Assembly (NCBI RefSeq): GCF_006345805.1
Contig: NC_042999.1
Location: 48,298,001 to 48,362,000 of the forward strand
From: Octopus sinensis
Lineage: Eukaryota
DNA: 64,000 nt
Direction: 5' to 3'
This document shows positions 1 to 11,490 of this stretch, one piece after another. The position numbers and the translations under genes were made by a program. How positions within the stretch are numbered: the first letter of the stretch is position 1; every line of letters starts with the position of its first letter. The notes below the pieces were generated by a model. That model worked only from the letters and a program-made list of their open reading frames with translations. It searched no databases and was not told the origin of the DNA.

Positions 1-170
1 ATATTTCTTGCGTACTAAAACCGGTTACAATTGTGGCGAACTTTCTTTGGAATCATGGGCTTAATCACAGACGGTTCCAGGCTTTCCTTCAAGAAATGGA
101 TTCTAATTTCTCTGTCTTGCCTTACTACACTGAAGTGGGATGGCTCAGTTGCGGTAAAGTATTTTTCTTA
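1..170 (+). mobile_element. hAT (SPIN/GTF2IRD2-like) transposase remnant
   Basis: Translation NFLWNHGLNHRRFQAFLQEMDSNFSVLPYYTEVGWLSCGKVF matches the SPIN/GTF2IRD2-type hAT motif NF..GLNHRQF..FL.E....LPY.TEVRWLS.GKVL; similarity is lost after about nt 170. Confidence 0.85.
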
Positions 171-1863
171 AATAATATAACAGTTCTCGCTGAAAATATC
201 GATGTTGTCAAGGGGGCTGGATTGTATGCATCTACATGTAACCACAGACACACATACAACGTTTCGTTGAGTTAACTTAACTTGAACTTTGATTTTGTGT
301 TTTGTGCTTCGGAACCGCACAATATTTTAATCTCGGTATAGAAATAAAATAAAGTATTTCAAAACAATTACAAACAATACGTGTATATCTGATAGGTAGC
401 ACATTAAGCTGATTCAACACTGTGCTGAAGCAATGTACAGCAGATAAGTGTAAAAGCAATGTTTAAGCTGTTCCGTTCCTTTCGAAGTTGCCTCATCATT
501 AATTTTCGATCCCAATTTATTGCTTCCCTAGTAATATTACATAGCTGGATTGGAGAGAATAAATAACAACATACTCTACATTCTCCTTTTTATAAAAGAT
601 TTTTTCTGGCAGTATTATAAGAAAATGATGGACGTTGAAGGACTTGTCGTAAATCGCTTAATTCCAGTCGGTAACGTGTTCCTTTCTTAGTTACTGGTAA
701 TATAAATACGAGTAACGATAATTAAAGTAACAAAATATAAGTTCACCAATTTTGTTACCAATACAATTGTTAAAGTACAGAGAATTTAATATTCTTACTT
801 TTCATAAGAAGCAACAGTCAAAATGCCAGTCAAACGACACTTTGTAATGAATAGAGCAACCGTACTAGACATTTAAGCTTATTTACTGCTGAGACCTGAA
901 CATGGATATCAATGGGGATTAATGCCGAATGATTTCAAGTACATCGATAATGAAATTAAGAGGTAAAAATTGAATGTTGTTTAATTTCAGGTGAAGAATC
1001 AATATGGCATTATTGTGACATACAGAAAGAAAATGACTTTAGGCATGGAATTATTTTCTTAAATCTATTCATATCAAATTGTTTTAGATTGATTTAATTT
1101 GTATAAGTGAAGACATAAAAATGTCAAACAATTCAATTTTAAACGAAATTTAAAGAAAATGTAATTTCATTGTTATTCAGAATGTTTTACTTTGAGAAAA
1201 AATGTGGAAGAGAAAATAAAAAATAAGCAAACAGAATGGCATATTAATAAGTGTACTAGAATATATAAGCATTCCACGTGACTTGGCATATTCATAATGG
1301 GTGTATAATTGCGCGTTACTTTATTAAACCAGACCCGAACTTTAGAGATCACTCAGAATTTCGATTCATAGAATTGTAAACAATTTCTTATAGTTTACAT
1401 TTTACAATCTTTCAGGCAACGAAATGCGTCAAAATGACATAGCCATTTAGATTCTCTCTTTGACAAACTCAGGAAAACACCGCATTTTTTTTTTGGTTTT
1501 TTTTTTGTATGCTAAATTAGAGAACTTGTGATATGAGGCAGTCGGTGCAAGTGGGATATGTCAAATAGAACGCAAATTTTTGTGGATTGCCAAATTGCCT
1601 GCGTACTAATTTCTGGCCTAGTGCCAGAACTTAAAATCATTATTATTTAAGACATTTTGATTCAGTTCCATGTTACTTAAAGTTTCACAGGCTTCCCAAA
1701 GCTATTCGTTCAGGCTCAGATTACCGAATAATTTGATGAATCGGTTTTCTGACCTGGACTAGCTCGGTTTCTATGAGAAACGAATTAAAACGCATTGAAA
1801 CGAATCAAACTGTTTTACACCGTAATATATGAAACTACTACTAAACGAGTACTACTCGCTCGC

Positions 1864-1897
<34 letters not shown>

Positions 1898-1934
1898 ATG
1901 TGTGTGTGTGTGCGTATGTGTGTGTGTGTATGTA

Positions 1935-2378
1935 TAGTTATCACCAAGCTAAAATGGAAGTCCAGAAAAATAGGACGAAATGCTGCCGTTCATCTGCTCC
2001 AAGAGGCCATCGTCTCTAACTAGCTATGTGATACACAAACCTCTATCCATTATAACCTTCCAGGGGGGGGGGGTCAGCAGATTCCCCTTGTTGTTTTGAC
2101 ACCCACAGACTAGTTTCGAGGTAGTTGCCTCTTATCAATGTGGAATAGCCGAACCCAGCAGGCGTCGCTGTTGACCGACTGTTCGTAGGATATTTTTACC
2201 TAAATTCAGTGGAACACATCTACTGATTTTCTAAAATAGAAATATTCCTTGTTCGAAGGTTATAATGGACACCGGTTTGTGTGTCACATAGCTAGCTAGA
2301 GGCGATGGCCTCTTGGAGCTAATGAACAGCAGAATTCGTCCTATATTTCTGGACTGCCATATTAGATTAGCGATAACT
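1935..2378. mobile_element. Fold-back non-autonomous element with ~125-bp imperfect inverted arms and an HHR-containing spacer
   Basis: 1935-2060 (agttatcaccaagctaaaatggaagtccag...ccattataaccttc) is the reverse complement of ~2253-2378 (gaaggttataatgg...ctggactgccatattagattagcgataact). Confidence 0.8.
2103..2143 (-). ncRNA. Minimal type-I hammerhead ribozyme motif with U3:A8 variant core
   Basis: Minus strand reads CCACA UUGAUAA GAGG CAACUA CCUC GAAAC UA GUC UGUGG: 5-bp helix I, 4-bp helix II, palindromic helix III ACUAGU, GUC cleavage triplet. Confidence 0.75.
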
Positions 2379-2439
2379 ATTAATATTCAGTACCACTGCC
2401 GTAGTCAGCTTTAAAGAGAATTAGAATAATTAAATATAT

Positions 2440-2479
<40 letters not shown>

Positions 2480-2559
2480 CGTATGCTGCAATGCTGGATT
2501 ACCCCCTTCAACTGTCTTCTTTTTTCGAAATAATTTTATGCATAGCCCTATTCTGCCAG

Positions 2560-2660
2560 CTCCTTGTCAAACCCCTAGGTTACGGGGACGTAAACATACC
2601 AACACCGGTCGTCAGGCGATGATGGGACACAAAGACTCAAAGCCACTCATATACATTGAT
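2560..2660 (-). mobile_element. SINE family B fragment
   Basis: Reverse complement of the catcgc(t/c)tgac...ggtgtgtttacgtccccgtaac body seen at 15250-15300, 34940-34995 and 44950-45010. Confidence 0.65.
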
Positions 2661-5367
2661 ATATCCATACATACCCATATACACACAAACATGTACACAT
2701 ATTTGTGTATATATTGTCGATTGTGGGTCACGACCTTCATTACATAAACTTGATGATTGCGTAACACATGGAAATACTAGTTTATTTCAATATTGTAAAA
2801 TTGTGAAATTGTAACTATTGCAAATAACAAAATGTGAAAATCCTTCTAAGTTCGAATTTCATTGATTTATATGTAGTCATTGGAAAGGCATGTGGAGAAT
2901 ATATTTAATAATTGCCAGCTTTGTAAATGATGCACGATGATTTGTAAACGAAGTTTTTATGCTCTTGCTTGCTCTGACGATAATGTATCAAATAAATCTA
3001 AGCTAGAGATATACTATTAATTGTATGTAAACGCCCGGCCACAATAAAGACACGGCAATTCATCCAACGGGTACCAAATATTATCAACGCTGACCCTAGC
3101 CAATCAATGACGATCATCCGAAAAAACCTAACGTTTCGGAGTGAACTATTACAATATTAACATGCACGGACATACAAGTTGTGTGTAGCATTGACAGATA
3201 AATCCAGTCTGCAAAGGCATAGGAATATTGTTTCAGAAGTGACAAGTCGTTACTTAATAAACCTTGATGGTAGAAATTTCCGGTAGTTAAGTGCATGGAA
3301 AGCCATGGTATCCCACCTCATATCTTTCTACAGTGTCCTAGAATTCGTGAACAACCAGGACGAGTTTGAAATGACAATCATTTCAGCTGCTACCTCTCTT
3401 CTCTATATAACAATATATAGTACATTTTCAAACAGATTGCGCACATTTTATCATATGTAAATATTTTGTGTGAACCAGAATATATGTACCTGTCATCGGT
3501 ATATATACATACATACTTACATACGTGCATACATACATACATAAGTACATACATACTTACATACATACATACACATACATATATACATAGAAACACACGA
3601 CGCGTACACATAAGTATTAGTATAGTCGAATAACTACATCAAATCTCACCTGAAATCTATCGGCTGAATATATATTAATGCCTGCTTCTGATCTCAGAAG
3701 CCAAGTACAAAGCATTATTCGCGAGTACATCCATAAAAGACCTTGTATTAATAACATCCTTCTAATAAAACAACATATTGCGTCAAACACAACGTGATAA
3801 ATGATAAAATGTGCCACAAATTTGCGGAGAGAGGCAGAAGTGATTTAACTAAATAACTTATTGCAATGCTCCATTCTAACCACTAATTCCCAAATACTAC
3901 GACACGTATAATTATCAGTTCATTCAAAACCCTTTTGATCAACCGAAACTTCGTCTAATTTAAAGGAGAAAATGTAAAAGTTTATTGAACGTTCTTGTAT
4001 GTTCCAATACTATTAAGTCTATAAATAAATTGAACTGAATGGACATAGGTTCAAAGAATATGCATGTGTTCGTGCGTGTGTGTGAGAGAGAGAGTGAGAG
4101 TATGTGTGTGAGTGTATATGTATATGTGGATGTATGTATAACCAGAGTCAATTATTCCTTTTGCCGCAGTTTTTCCACTTGATGTGAGCCAGGCATAACA
4201 CTGGAATATATAACAGCATTTGTCTTGGTATTTTGGTTGCCAGTACATAGGAGAGTCACACCGATATGAATATTGAATGTGTGAGGTGGCAAGGGAATTA
4301 TTTGGCTTATTTATTTCCATGCACCCTTGCTTATAAATTGCGATAAACTCAAAAAAGTCAATACTTTTTTTTATATTTCGATTGTCTTTTGGACTGTTTT
4401 ACAAATGAGATTATAGTAATTTTGCATCTAACTTGCCTAGTGATATAGAATAAGCAAAACTCTGAAACGCGGTCACAGACAGTGCTATTTCATTTTATCT
4501 TCCTTTAATTCTAGGTCCAAAATATTTGAGAAGGCGTATGTTATGTTTTATAGTTTTTGAATATCGTTAAAATAAATGCGAACAGTGAGGCGTCTTGATT
4601 TTTCAAGGCGAAAAGTAGGACCTACAAAAACTGCTGTTTGAAGGAAACATACAGTGAACTCGTATCGCGTGTTACCTTTGCGGGGGTCATATAGCGACAA
4701 TGAATTACTATTGAGCCGATGCTTTTATGTAACTTTTGTTCCTAGTTGAATGCATTTAGAAATGTGTACCGGAAATATTTATAAAACTCCATTTACCTAA
4801 AACGTACAAGTACTACCGGCACGCAAAGAGAAATAAAAAAGGAAGAGAAGAATACAAGAGCGTTCTTTCTTCAGTTGGACATGAGATAGGAAAAAAAAAC
4901 GTAATAAATGCTGTATGAAGTTTCTTACCATAAATATTCTAAGAAAATCTTTAGCTGTACAGTTACTGAATCTGTAAATAACGATCATTACATCATGGTA
5001 AAAGAAATCTTCCGCGACATTTGAAGGCAGCATGATCAGTAAAGCTCCACAGTTGCAATATTTATTTTCTTTGATCTTAGTTATAAGTAAAATTTCGGAT
5101 GGGTTATCGATTTTTCTTTACCTGTTTCTGAAGTTGATGTGAGGCCAATTGAATTGATTGAAGCACTCCCTTAAAAAATTTCGTAACTTCACAATACTCG
5201 AGATTCAACTCAAACTGTAGTATTTAGTTTTATACTTCACAATTTCTTGTCAAATTTTCATTTAATATACATTGAACTTCGCGCGTTTAATATCAGTAAA
5301 ATAAGAGCCATTATTATAACTATGATTCTCCTCTAAAATAATTATATTTATAGCTAATAAAATTGCG

Positions 5368-5550
5368 TGGAGGCGCGTGGCTTACTGGTTAGGGTGTTAA
5401 ATTTATGATCGTAAGATTGTGGTTCCTGGACCGGGCGATTCGTTGTGTTCTTGAGCAAAACACTTAATATGTCCAGGTAGGAAATATATACGCCACTGAA
5501 ACCGTGAAACCGGCCCTTATGAGCCTGGTAGAGCTCGAGAAGGAACATTT
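5368..5550 (+). mobile_element. tRNA-derived SINE (family C, gtggaggcgc head)
   Basis: Head gtggaggcgcgtggcttactggttagggtg has an A-box-like sequence; related copy at 31175-31300 on the minus strand. Confidence 0.7.
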
Positions 5551-5817
5551 AGTTTTAAATTAAATTGATGTTATCTGTCTATCGCAACATGTGTGTAACT
5601 ATTACAAATTATTGATCAGAAACCCGTTCCTTATCAATGATAACATCAGCAAAAGTGTATTTCAACACTAGGCAAATGTTCTTTTAAAAACACTTTCCTT
5701 TAATTTTTCCAAATATTAATTGGTTTCCATAGTTACAGTTGGTAAAGTCTCAATGACTGGAACCGGTACTGAAATGTTTTTATAGAATTATTTTAGCATT
5801 TTCTACCTTGATTTTTT

Positions 5818-5819
<2 letters not shown>

Positions 5820-5867
<48 letters not shown>

Positions 5868-6040
5868 ATAGAAATGGTAAGACAAAAAAAGAACGAAAGA
5901 AACCTCGATATTATGTAAATAGAGGAATTTATCTGTAAATGTATTATGTGACAATTATTCGGTAGCCATGATAAAACTTCGAGTTTCGGATGTCGGGATA
6001 GAAATCCACGTCGCCATCTCTTCAGATATCCGTCCGGTCG

Positions 6041-6082
<42 letters not shown>

Positions 6083-6121
6083 ATATATTATATATATATA
6101 TATATTATATATATATATATT
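5820..6121. mobile_element. (TA)n-flanked element with HHR-like motif, related to 18910-19110
   Basis: 5866-6030 aligns with 18911-19071 (ttgata...ggtaaga...cctc.atattatgtaaatagagga...cggtag..a.gataaaact); (TA)n on both sides. Confidence 0.75.
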
Positions 6122-8070
6122 TACACAATAATTATAACGATATAGATTATAGGAATTTGTTAATCTTCAAAATTTATTTCCTTTTGATGTTATAATTATC
6201 GCTAATATTCTCTCCAGATAATACTACCATCCAAAGACAGAGAAGCGTACAAGGAATAACTCGTCTCAGGAATTTGCAGCGTGACCGAGGATATATTTTA
6301 GATACTAATCGATGCGGTTAACCGTTACATGTAACAAAACTGAGAGCCACCGCGGTAAGAACCTGGATAAAATATCCCTCCAAACTCACATGCCTGTGTA
6401 CATATATGCATGTATATAAGCAAATGTTTGTACATATGTATATATACTTATGTTAAGCGAGTCCCAGCTCGGTGAGCAATCCGACATTATTCCTACTGAG
6501 AAAGGTATTCCTTTGCAGTGTTACGGGTCCACAAATTATTGGACTCGAGAAATATGAAGTGAAGTATTTTGCCGAAGAACACAACTCGCCGCTAGTTCCA
6601 AGAATTGAACACACGATGTTGTAATCATGCGAGCAGTTGACCACGCGATGTGTGTGCGTATAATTCTGGTTGAATATAGAAGTAGTGCCGTTGTATTTTC
6701 CAAGGTTCTAAACATTTAAATGTTACGAAGTTATATAAATTTCAACACAATTTCAGATCTCAATGCCTCAAATGCATGATTACACGAACTGACTTCCTTT
6801 GCAACTTTTTCCGTCCACAAATTAATTCTGCAATGAGAAAGAACATTTTGGGAAAATATAAAACGTAACCATCTGTTCAGTTAATTGGATGATTCATGGA
6901 GAGTTTTGAATCATTTGAAGAATTTAATTTAATGTGTTTAGTAATGCAAAATTAAGAATTCCCTTTTCGTGCTTTTTTAAAAACAATTCTTTATATTCTT
7001 CCAGTGAATTGTATTTTGCTCGTAATTTGTTCACTATACCAACGGTTGCTAGGTCAATCAGTCTTTATTGTGTCATCGTGCTCTTCCATGAACACTGGAA
7101 CCGTCGCTGAGGAAAAATCTTTCAAATTATTATAGTAGAACGATCAAATTGGAAAATCATCATAATGGAAAAGATAATCATTTAACTTGAATATTTGTAT
7201 TGTTTAGAAACTGATGTACCTCCAAAATCTCACACATGTATTCTGAGAATTTATCTTGTTATTTTGCGTTAATATTTTCCCTGAAATGCTGGAATCTTTT
7301 CAATACTGTCAGAATACAAAATATTGTCTTCATTGTTAAAATACTGTCAACCTTTATCGAAGGAACCACGAGTAATGAAACATCTCACTAGTATTTAAAT
7401 GAAGACGTATAAGAGCAATAAGTAAAATATTCGAAACATTATACTCTAACTCCTCATTATTTTCAGTTGTAATAAATATTGTCTGTTTCAGTTCCAGTTT
7501 TATATGTGTTGGAAACCGATATTGATGTTTTTCAGCAGCCTATTTCCCTCAATTTCATGTAGCGTGCCTAGAGATTTGAGTGCAAGATCAGATAAGAGAC
7601 CTTGACAGACACCGTGGCTCTAATCACTTGTACTGATCTGCTTGAAAACCGTTATATTCCTTAAACTACAAAACCAGATTGCGCCGTAATTCCTCACAGC
7701 ATGAATTTCACAAAGAATATTCTACCTGATGCCACGACACACGTTCCTTTATGACCAGTAATTCCATCAACATAATCTAATATATGACTATATTTTCTAA
7801 TCGGTCTCTATAATGAATACAAATAAAGTGGACAGATTAAACCACAAAAGTAGTGGGCGAAAGATTGGCCTAAAACAAATTACAATAATCTCTAACCCCC
7901 GCTGAGAAAACGTACTGTACACGCGCAAAATGAAATCGAATCTATGTTTACAGATATATGGCAAACAAAAGCAAAACGGAGAATACGGCCACAATGTACG
8001 AAGAGAAACTGTGTTGAATGGTACATTCACAACTTTAAATAAAGTGTAAAAAAATGCCTGTGTCTGAGTT

Positions 8071-8138
<68 letters not shown>

Positions 8139-8195
8139 ATGTATATATATTATATATATATATACTTGGAAGTGAATGCTAGGCGTTCGATCATA

Positions 8196-8565
8196 TAATA
8201 ACAAAATAAGATATAAACATATGCATATATACATACATATATGTACATACCTACATCTATATGTATATATACATGCATTAATGGGTACAGGACAACAAAA
8301 AAACGTTGAACATAATGAGGAACAAAGACATAAAACAAAAACATGGAAACGAACTTTTTTTCAAACAACGGAAAAACAAAGTACAGGACTTACAACACAA
8401 GGTATATTCCCCTACTTCAGTTGTCCTTGTTTCGGCTACTCGCATTTCTCATTGTGTTCAACGTTTTTTTGTGTCCTGTGCCCATATATGCATGTATATA
8501 TACATATAGATGTAGGTATGTACATATATGTATATATATATGCATACGTTTATATATTATGTTTT

Positions 8566-8572
<7 letters not shown>
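8196..8572. repeat. Inverted duplication with ~125-bp arms
   Basis: 8196-8319 is the reverse complement of 8448-8572 (shared tacatacctacatctatatgtatatatacatgcat...ggg.acaggac...aaaaaacgttgaac..aatgag). Confidence 0.8.
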
Positions 8573-8600
<28 letters not shown>

Positions 8601-9006
8601 TGTGTGTGTGTATGTATATCTCTGCATATATATATATATTTATAAATATATGTGAGTGTGTGTATGTGTGAGTGTAATGATGTGTGGTTTCGCGTACACG
8701 CGCAAACAGATGGAAAAGTGATAAGTTTTATAGATGTTATTACACTTTTATTCTAAAAATATATCTATGTTCTATAAATGTGCGGAAAGTATATATATCT
8801 TCAGGAAACTAATTCAAACACCTTAGAGTGCGAATCTGCAGGTAGCAAGAAAGAAAATCAGGTAAAAATGGCAACGTATTTTATAAGCAAATAATAAATA
8901 AAAAACTTATGTACTCTCGCACATCAACGTACACACATAAACACGCATACATCACAAGCAATGTTCTTGTTTATGCTAGAATGTTGTATCTCTCTTCCCT
9001 CTAATA

Positions 9007-9206
9007 TTGGCTTCAAATTTAGGCACAAGACCAGTGATTTCGGACGAGGGGGAATCGATGACATCGACCCCGCACTCAATTGGTCCTTATTTTATCGACC
9101 GCGAAATAATCAAAGGCAAAGTAGACATGAGCGTAATTAGAACTCAGAAGGTACAGATTGACGAAATTCCACCAAGCATTTTATCCGGCGCGGTAACAAT
9201 TCTGCT
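9007..9206 (-). mobile_element. SINE family A (decayed)
   Basis: Degenerate match to the ttttatcgaccccgaaaggatgaaaggcaaagtcgacctcggcggaatttgaactcagaac core. Confidence 0.75.
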
Positions 9207-9394
9207 AGCACACTGGCCTATATTCAGAGCGAATTCAGTTAACCATTTTGCCCTGTGTAATGATTCTGTGAGCTCGCTGCTTTACAATACGATCTAATAT
9301 TGATTTAAATTTTGGTTAAAAGGCCCGAATCATTTTGCCAACACTTGAAACCCATATTCTGCCGAATGAAATGCTTAGCGGCATTTCGCTTGTC

Positions 9395-9790
9395 GGCGAG
9401 CTGGCAGAAACGTTGGCGCGCCGGACGAAATGCTGAGCGGTATTTCGTCTGCCGCTACGTTCTGAGTTCAAATTCCGCCGAGGTCGACTTTGCCTTTCAT
9501 TCTTTCGGGGTCCATAAATTAAGTACCAGTTACGCACTGGGGTCGATGTAATCGACTTAATACCTATGTCTGTCCTTGTTTGTCCCCTCTGTGTTTAGCC
9601 CCTTGTGGGTAATAAAGAAATAGGTATTTCGCTTGTCTTTACGTCCTGAGATCTAATTCCATCAAGATTGATTCGCATTTTATTCTCTCGTGGCCGATAA
9701 ATTATTTACCAGTTGAACATCGGGGCCAATGTAATCGACATACCACTCCCCCCAAATTGCTGGCCTCGTACCAAAAATTGAGACCAGTAT
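9395..9790 (+). mobile_element. SINE family A, near full length, followed by a partial second copy
   Basis: ggcgagctggcagaaacgtt...gttctgagttcaaattccgccgaggtcgactttgcctttcat...gtaccag...ggggtcgatgtaatcgact...aataaagaaat; the central domain resembles the Sauria/Meta-SINE gcctttcatccttcggggtcgataaa core (family assignment is an inference). Confidence 0.85.
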
Positions 9791-10309
9791 TACGCAACTA
9801 TTAATCACATAATTACGTCGGCAAGAGCAGAAGCGCGAGCATCCAAGGACCCGCGCAATGAACTCATGATGATAACACCACTCACCGTATAAAATACAAA
9901 ACCACAACTATAAACACATTGCTGTTAGAAAAAATTGACGCATTTCAACATTCCATAAATTCATATGCGCACACACACTCTCAAACACGTACACACGCAA
10001 GTGACACATTTTTCATAACATAATGAAGTCACCGACCAGCAAGAACATGAATACACATACAAACTAACTACACAATATCACATACATTTTGCACCGAAAC
10101 CCACGACTCATGAATTTACATACAACTGATACATACAAACATACAAACTGTGACATTCCCACACAAACATACGTCTCTCATCAAGTTCACATGTTCGCAG
10201 AATAATTTGCTACATCAAGTCACTAATCGAGAATCATGTACACAAAAACATTTTACAGATTCACTCACGATATAATATTTGTCATGAAAGACAAGTGCTG
10301 TTACATTTA

Positions 10310-11490
10310 CAGAGGAGGTAGGCCAACTGTTTAGAAGCTATGCAGAAAGTCATAATAGTGAACGAAGTTTCTTTCTAATTTTTGCAAAATCAACGCAGGA
10401 TTATATCTCCAGCAGTAGGTTTTGGTAAGTTTGAAGGACGAGCGGTCATAAATTTCTCATAAATTTCCTCTTTTTACAAGGGAACGGGCGAAATGCATGC
10501 CCAGATGAAGGAAGTCATGAACGATGGCTACCCATCCTACTCCACTGAAAAAATCTGGATGTGATGGTTTCGGAGGGTCGGCCTGAGGTCACAGATGAAC
10601 CCAAGTCAGAAGGGCCAACTTACGCGGCCATAGTGGGCAAAGTCGATGCTGTGCACGTTATGATTTGCACATACCTGAGACTCTGGAGATTTCCCGAGAA
10701 AAGATAGGCCATATCATCCACAACCTTCTGGACATGAGAAAGATTTCCGCAAATTTGGTGCCGAAATGCATGAACGCAGATCAGAAGTGCATCTAAGTGA
10801 CGACATGAAAGGTGATTTTGGTGCAGTTTACTGCGGAAAAGGCTGATTTTGTGGCTGGTTTATTCGCCTTGCATGGAATTTGATTTCATCATTATGATCC
10901 TCAAACCAAACCGCAATCAGTGGAGTGGTGTCACAGCGGTTCACCACGTCCCAAGAAGCTTCAAATCCAGAAATCAGTTGGAAGTTTTCAAGGAAAAATA
11001 TTGAGTATTCCTCCTAACATACCTGCCAAGGATCCGCACCATCAACGCAGAACACTACAGGTCTTTGTTGGACGAATTGTGTGAAGCTTTGAAGTAGAAA
11101 GCTGAACCGTGATTTCCCTGCTTTTGCCGGACAAGGAACCAGCGAGCAAAGAACATGAACATTTTAGGACAATACACGAATTTACCTTGGAATTGGTAGA
11201 CCATTCACCTTACTCTCCTGACTAGTTTCCCTCTGAATATTACCTCTACAACTGAAGAATTATCTCAAGAGAACGAAATTCCACACCGATTAAGAAGTGA
11301 TCGCTGCTGCAGAGGCCTGGCTAGAGGCCCAACATTGCGAGTTCATTTTACAAGGCTTAGAAAAATTGAAGGATTGCAGCAATAATGTGTGAATCTGAGA
11401 GGGGAATGTATTGAATAAAATCATGATTAACTGATCCTCCTGTATTTACTTTTACTTAGAACCAGGGAATTTTCAGCAGTCGCTCCTACA
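10310..11490 (+). mobile_element. Decayed mariner (Tc1/mariner) transposon, near full length
   Basis: Frameshifted motifs GEMHAQMKEVMNDGYPSYST (HTH region), MRKISANLVPKCM (WVP-like), HHYDPQTKPQSVEW, HSPYSPD (YSPDL motif) and C-terminal CVNLRG; 3' TIR-like ccagggaattttcagcagt at ~11462. Confidence 0.9.

Noticed and set aside
4797-5033. ORF possibly from a transposase
   Set aside because: No recognisable catalytic or dimerisation motif
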